DNA of 63,931 nucleotides, counting the filler, from Trypethelium eluteriae (Eukaryota): the NCBI GenBank assembly GCA_051942245.1. It is 3 parts of 3 records of this genome, joined end to end, with 100 filler letters (N's around TTAATTAATTAA, not from the genome) between each part and the next. Parts side by side here need not be neighbours in the genome. Positions count along the whole stretch, not along the records: positions 44,839 to 63,931 come from JAVECL010000534.1; 2 more parts are not named here. One strand, 5' to 3'. The first letter of the stretch is position 1; each line of letters opens with the position of its first letter. The translations under genes and the position numbers were made by a program. The notes below the pieces were generated by a model. That model was not told the origin of the DNA. It saw nothing but the letters and a program-made list of their open reading frames with translations, and made no database searches. Shown here piece after piece: positions 59,489 to 63,931 of the stretch.

Positions 59489-60494
59489 CTAGCTTGGAGT
59501 CTCTATTTGAAACTCGTACTTCCGGTCTTGTGCTCTTGACCGACCTTTCTGATCATACAAAGAACGTTCAACGAATACCACTCGACCTTGCCAGTCTACA
59601 AGAATTACAGTCTGTTTCTGGGTGCCATATGCATTGCTGTTGGCCGCGATTATCTTCTCGTTATCTTTGGCGGCGGCCAACTCGTCAGCTGGCTTTTGAG
59701 AGCTGATTTCGGGGCCGAAAGCTGGAATGAAAATGCTCTTTCGCAACTGGAATAAATATGCTTCCCAGGTCTCATTATTATTCTTCTTTGGTAGACTGTC
59801 CACACTGAGTACTTCGAATAGTTTGGTAATCAAGTGGTCCTCGCTGCCTCCTTTCCGTGCATGAGTCTTGATCACTTTGTCGAGCAAATCCTCTCCTTGG
59901 TTAACCTTGGGCCAAGTGCGATCTCCGTAATGTGAATTACTCAGGCCATGAGTCATGTCAGGTCCGGTAGCAATCCACTTGGCTCTGGTAAGATCTGGCG
60001 TCCTGTTAGAGATTATGGCTAGCCCTGCATAATCATCGCCTTTAGCCTTCGAGGGATTGAGTTGACCCAAGACCAAGCTAAAGCCTCCAACATCTTCATC
60101 CCGATATCCTTCTACAAGCCTCTTCGCAGATTCCGCTGTTGTTTCGGAAGAATGAGGAGAGGTAGCAAGAAATTCCTTGATTATTCCACCTCTGCTTTTT
60201 GATGCCTTCGGCAAGTCGCCATCTTCTTTGAAGTTCGTCAGGACGGCAACGCGCCCCTGTTTAGTTATTCCCAGCCATGTTCCTTTCTCTTCACGTTCCA
60301 GATCATGACCACCCAGCACATAGGAGTAAGGAGGAGACCACCAGTCTGCAGGGGCCGTGGCACGACTGAGGTACTCCTAGGTTAGAGTCAGAAGGAAATG
60401 GAATGTCACAACAAAAAGCCTTGCTCACATCACGATTGCTGATGAGTATTAAGGGATAGTGCGGATGTGCTGTTGTGATGAAAGCAATACACAT
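59489..60494 (-). CDS. TANGO2: TANGO2/NRDE (DUF833) family protein; intron 60428-60377
   Basis: MCI..LILISNRD|EYLSR (NRDE motif across the intron), GTWLGITKQGRVAVLTN, SRGG, GGFSL, HGLSNS, YGTQKQTVILVD. Confidence 0.92.
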
Positions 60495-61422
60495 TCTCGG
60501 CTAGGATCGCGGAACTGTGAATATCTTTTCCGTTGATCCGACATGAAAAACAGAGAAAGACAAGCGGAGGAGGATATTAGGATTGAGCTCCTCAGATGCC
60601 AATGACCGGGTGATCAAGGCGATAGTTAAGAAATGCTTCGAAGTTTAGAAGAAGGGCCTTGTTGTTGATGAGCCCGACTAACGCTTCAAGATTTGGAAGT
60701 TGCGAACTAATCGAACACTGTCTCTTGCAGCAGAACCCCTGTTACCTGAAGTCAAGCCTGCTACAAAAATTCCCAAGCTCCAGAGACAGTAGGGACGTGT
60801 TGCCGAACAAATTTTGCGGAATAAATTTTGCGAGCGGTTCTGGAAGGACAGGCTTCCGGAATGCGCGCGAAGTTATATTAGGTGACAGAGCGGAGCCAAT
60901 TGAATCCAGCTACAAGCTATGCTTGATTTCTGAGAATATCTGTGGAGGGATTGCTGGATATCATCGCCCTGAGCACCGTGAGAAGTTGAAATAAGGGTTG
61001 GGTCGGTCAGGGAAGCCGCCTGCGCTTCGGTGGAAGAGGAGAGGACAGGGACACAGGGCAAGGGAACAGGGGGCACGTCATTGCTAGTTCGACAACATTT
61101 GGGTTGTAGCTGTCAGCAGAATGCCATGCACGCGACATCTCATCACGTCCTTCGGCGCTCTGATGACAGCCTCCGCTGCATGCTCAGTCCCCTAAACATC
61201 GTGTACACCATGTACACAAGATGGATGGACTGGAAAGACCCTATTCGCAAAGAAATCATAGGATCCGCCTTCCGAAAGAGCCCGCAGTAGATGCTGCTCG
61301 GTCCGCGTACATTCGAACTTGCGCAGATTCCCGATAAAGGTGCGGATCGCCCGGTGTTGGCTTTCTTCGAGAAGACATCGTCGTGGCACGAAACTCAGAA
61401 GGCCTTGCGGCACGCGAGGGAA

Positions 61423-63931
61423 ATGTTACTCATCCATCAGTCCGGCAGTGTTAAAGTGGGTGAAGTTGTGCGGTAGGCTTCATAATGCTTGCGCATAGGA
61501 ACTGTATGCTAATAGTAGTAGATATACTGTAACCTACACGCCTTTAGCAGACCGAATCCTCCCTACCCCTCAGCATTTGCATGTCAAAATTAAGAATACT
61601 TCGGCAATTCCTTTGCGCGCCGCATACCTCCATGGACCATACACCTTACATGTATCCACCTGTCCTTCGGTTTTCGATCCCAACCACAAGCTCGAAGAAC
61701 CTGAGAAATATGGCATACCAGAGTTTGAGCCCATGCTCAAAGCAGGGTCCAACTGGCAAGCAAGACTTACCATACCTGGAGACATTCGAGAGACTGGTAG
61801 CGAACCAGATCGGTTGTGGAACTCTGAAGGCGAACATGGTAGCGTTACTTGGATCATTGAAATTGCCTCACAAATCCTCTTCTCAGCCTCAGCTTCAGTC
61901 GACTTTGAGCTATTGGTGGGACGAGACGAAAGATCACTAGAGCTCGGATTTGCTGCTGTTGCGGGGTATGGCCACGCTGCGCCAGCGAAAATTCAGGATC
62001 ACCAGGAAGGGACAGGCGCTCATCGGCATCCAGTGCAGACAAAGGGCGTCTATTCGAAGGCTGTCAAGCTGCTGGTGGAGGATACAACAAGTTTGTGGAA
62101 TAAACCGCCATTGCCCAAGTGGGACAGTAATGATTATGGCAAATTGATTGAGCCACCTGCGGCAGCTAATATGTCTGGACTACCGGCAAAGCGACGACTG
62201 AGTAAGACACAGAGCAGTGCGACCGAAATACAAGCGAAGCAGAAGAAGTTTCATCTTGTCGTCCTTACGCATGGTCTGCACAGTAATGTCAGTGCAGACA
62301 TGCTCTACCTGAAAGAAAGCATCGATGCAACTGCAAGAAAGGCACGGGAAGAGGCCAGCGCTCGGAGGAGGAGCGAGAATGAGAAATCCGGTCATCCTGG
62401 AACGGGTGGTGATGGCGACCAGGATAGCAGACTCGACGATGCCGACGACGAGGAGGTCCTTGTTAGAGGATTTACGGGAAATGTCACTCGAACGGAAAGG
62501 GGTATACAGTATCTTGGGAAGAGACTTGCGAAACACATTCTCACCATGACATACCCTGACCAATCTTTTCTACCCGCGAAGAAGTCCATGACTCGGAGTT
62601 TCTCAAATACCTTTTCCAGTGGCTCTTCTAAAGACGGTGCTTCAGGCCCGGCCTCGCATTCCGGTAGCTCTATCCACAAGAGTGACCGGAAACTTGATCC
62701 ACTTCCTTACAAATTCACAAGTATCAGCTTTATCGGACATTCTCTCGGAGGCATTGTACAGCTCTATGCCATAGCATACATACACAAACACTCACCTCAA
62801 TTTTTTGATAACATCAAGCCGATCAACTTTATTGCCATGGCGTCTCCTATGCTTGGCCTGAGCAATGAAAATCCAATGTACGTCAAATTCGCGTTGGACT
62901 TTGGGCTTGTCGGCCGGACTGGCCAGGATCTTGGCTTGACCTGGAGACCCACCACGATTACGCGAAGTGGATGGAGTGCCGTTGTTGGCGGCTTTGGCTC
63001 CACCGCCCCAAACAAACCAAAGCAAGAAGACCCCGGATCAAAGCCTCTCTTGCGTATCCTGCCAACCGGTCCTGCTCACCAGATATTGCTTCGCTTCAGA
63101 AATCGAACGTTGTATTCTAATGTCGTGAACGATGGTATCGTACCGTTGCGTACAAGCTGTCTTCTATTCCTAGACTGGAGAGGCTTAGATAAGGCTGAAA
63201 AGGCCCGACGTGAAAACGGCCTCATTGGGACAATGGCTTCATGGGGTTGGAGAGAAATCACTGGAGAAAACTCTTCCTCTCCGAATCCGTCAAAAGCTGC
63301 TCTTACAACTGAGTCGGACAATTGGGATAGCGAAGATGCCGAGATGCTGGCCAAGCATCCCGATAGTTCAGCTGTACCTCAGCCTCCAGACGGAGCCGCA
63401 AATGCAGATGATGAAGAGCAGACATCATCAGATCCAAAGAGCCATCAGTTTCTAAGCGAGCAGCAAGCAGCAAAACAACAGACAAGAGAGGATATGTCTA
63501 GCGCCAGTACTCAAGATACCAATCCTTTCAGTAGCCTCTGGAATTTTTTGCGACCCAACCCTAAATCTTCATCACGCACTAAACCGCCAAAAGCTAAGAC
63601 TCAACGTGTGTACTCACGCAGCCAGACTCTACGATCGAGCGATTTTGGATCCGATACCTCCATTACCTCTCCAGCCTCTGACTCCACTGCTACGACACCA
63701 CCTGTGAACGGTAGCCTCACCTCTGACGCTCAACCTCTAGGTCAAAATCAAAAGCGACCGATAGCTACCAGAGGTGACTCCCTCCTCGAAACTCCCCAAC
63801 GCGCCAACCCTCCTCCTAAAACCTCCCTCTTCGAAGCCGCAGGCGACATCCTCAACCCACCCATCCCCCCAACATCCTGGCTCATCGACCCCTCCAAACG
63901 CCCTCGCACCATCTTCCACGACCGCGTCTAC
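61423..63931 (+). CDS. DUF676 putative lipase/serine esterase (Rog1-like), 3' end beyond window; intron 61473-61521
   Basis: MLLIHQSGSVKVGEVVR|YTVTYTP..IKNTSAIPLRAAYLHGPY, HLVVLTHGLHSN, GIQYLGKRLA, ISFIGHSLGG, YSNVVNDGIVPLRTS; open to the window end, so absent from the ORF track. Confidence 0.88.

Noticed and set aside
1..63931. tRNA, rRNA, CRISPR arrays or autonomous transposase/retroelement ORFs
   Set aside because: None recognised by eye; a tRNAscan/Rfam/RepeatMasker run would be needed to exclude them formally.

Overview
Eukaryotic (filamentous ascomycete, Pezizomycotina; class not determinable with certainty) genomic DNA with GT-AG introns. It is built from three contigs joined by two artificial 100-nt linkers (N44-TTAATTAATTAA-N44 at 22329-22428 and 44739-44838), so gene order across those points is not established. 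Housekeeping genes: FSH1-type hydrolase (3' end), SPT16, a mitochondrial-carrier-like gene, TED1-like phosphoesterase, COX4/COX5B, RPL23, TANGO2/NRDE and a ROG1-like DUF676 lipase (5' part). Accessory genes: an AA5_1 copper radical oxidase with two chitin-binding (CBM18-like) modules, two HET-domain genes, a PTH11-like membrane protein, two SDRs (one frameshifted), a proline iminopeptidase, a fungal LigD 3'-phosphoesterase-domain gene and an ABCB transporter pseudogene. The most notable content is four genes in which fungal NLR-type N-terminal effector domains (two HeLo-like/SesA-like helical domains, two SesB-like alpha/beta hydrolases) are fused directly to ankyrin repeats with no NACHT/NB-ARC domain. 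Three of them are clustered, including a head-to-head pair in which both partners have a lesion in the ankyrin array. Also notable are a two-TM orphan protein with an apparent Sin1/Avo1-type PH domain and at least four small foldback/MITE elements, two of which look related. All domain calls come from motif recognition by eye, not from database searches.
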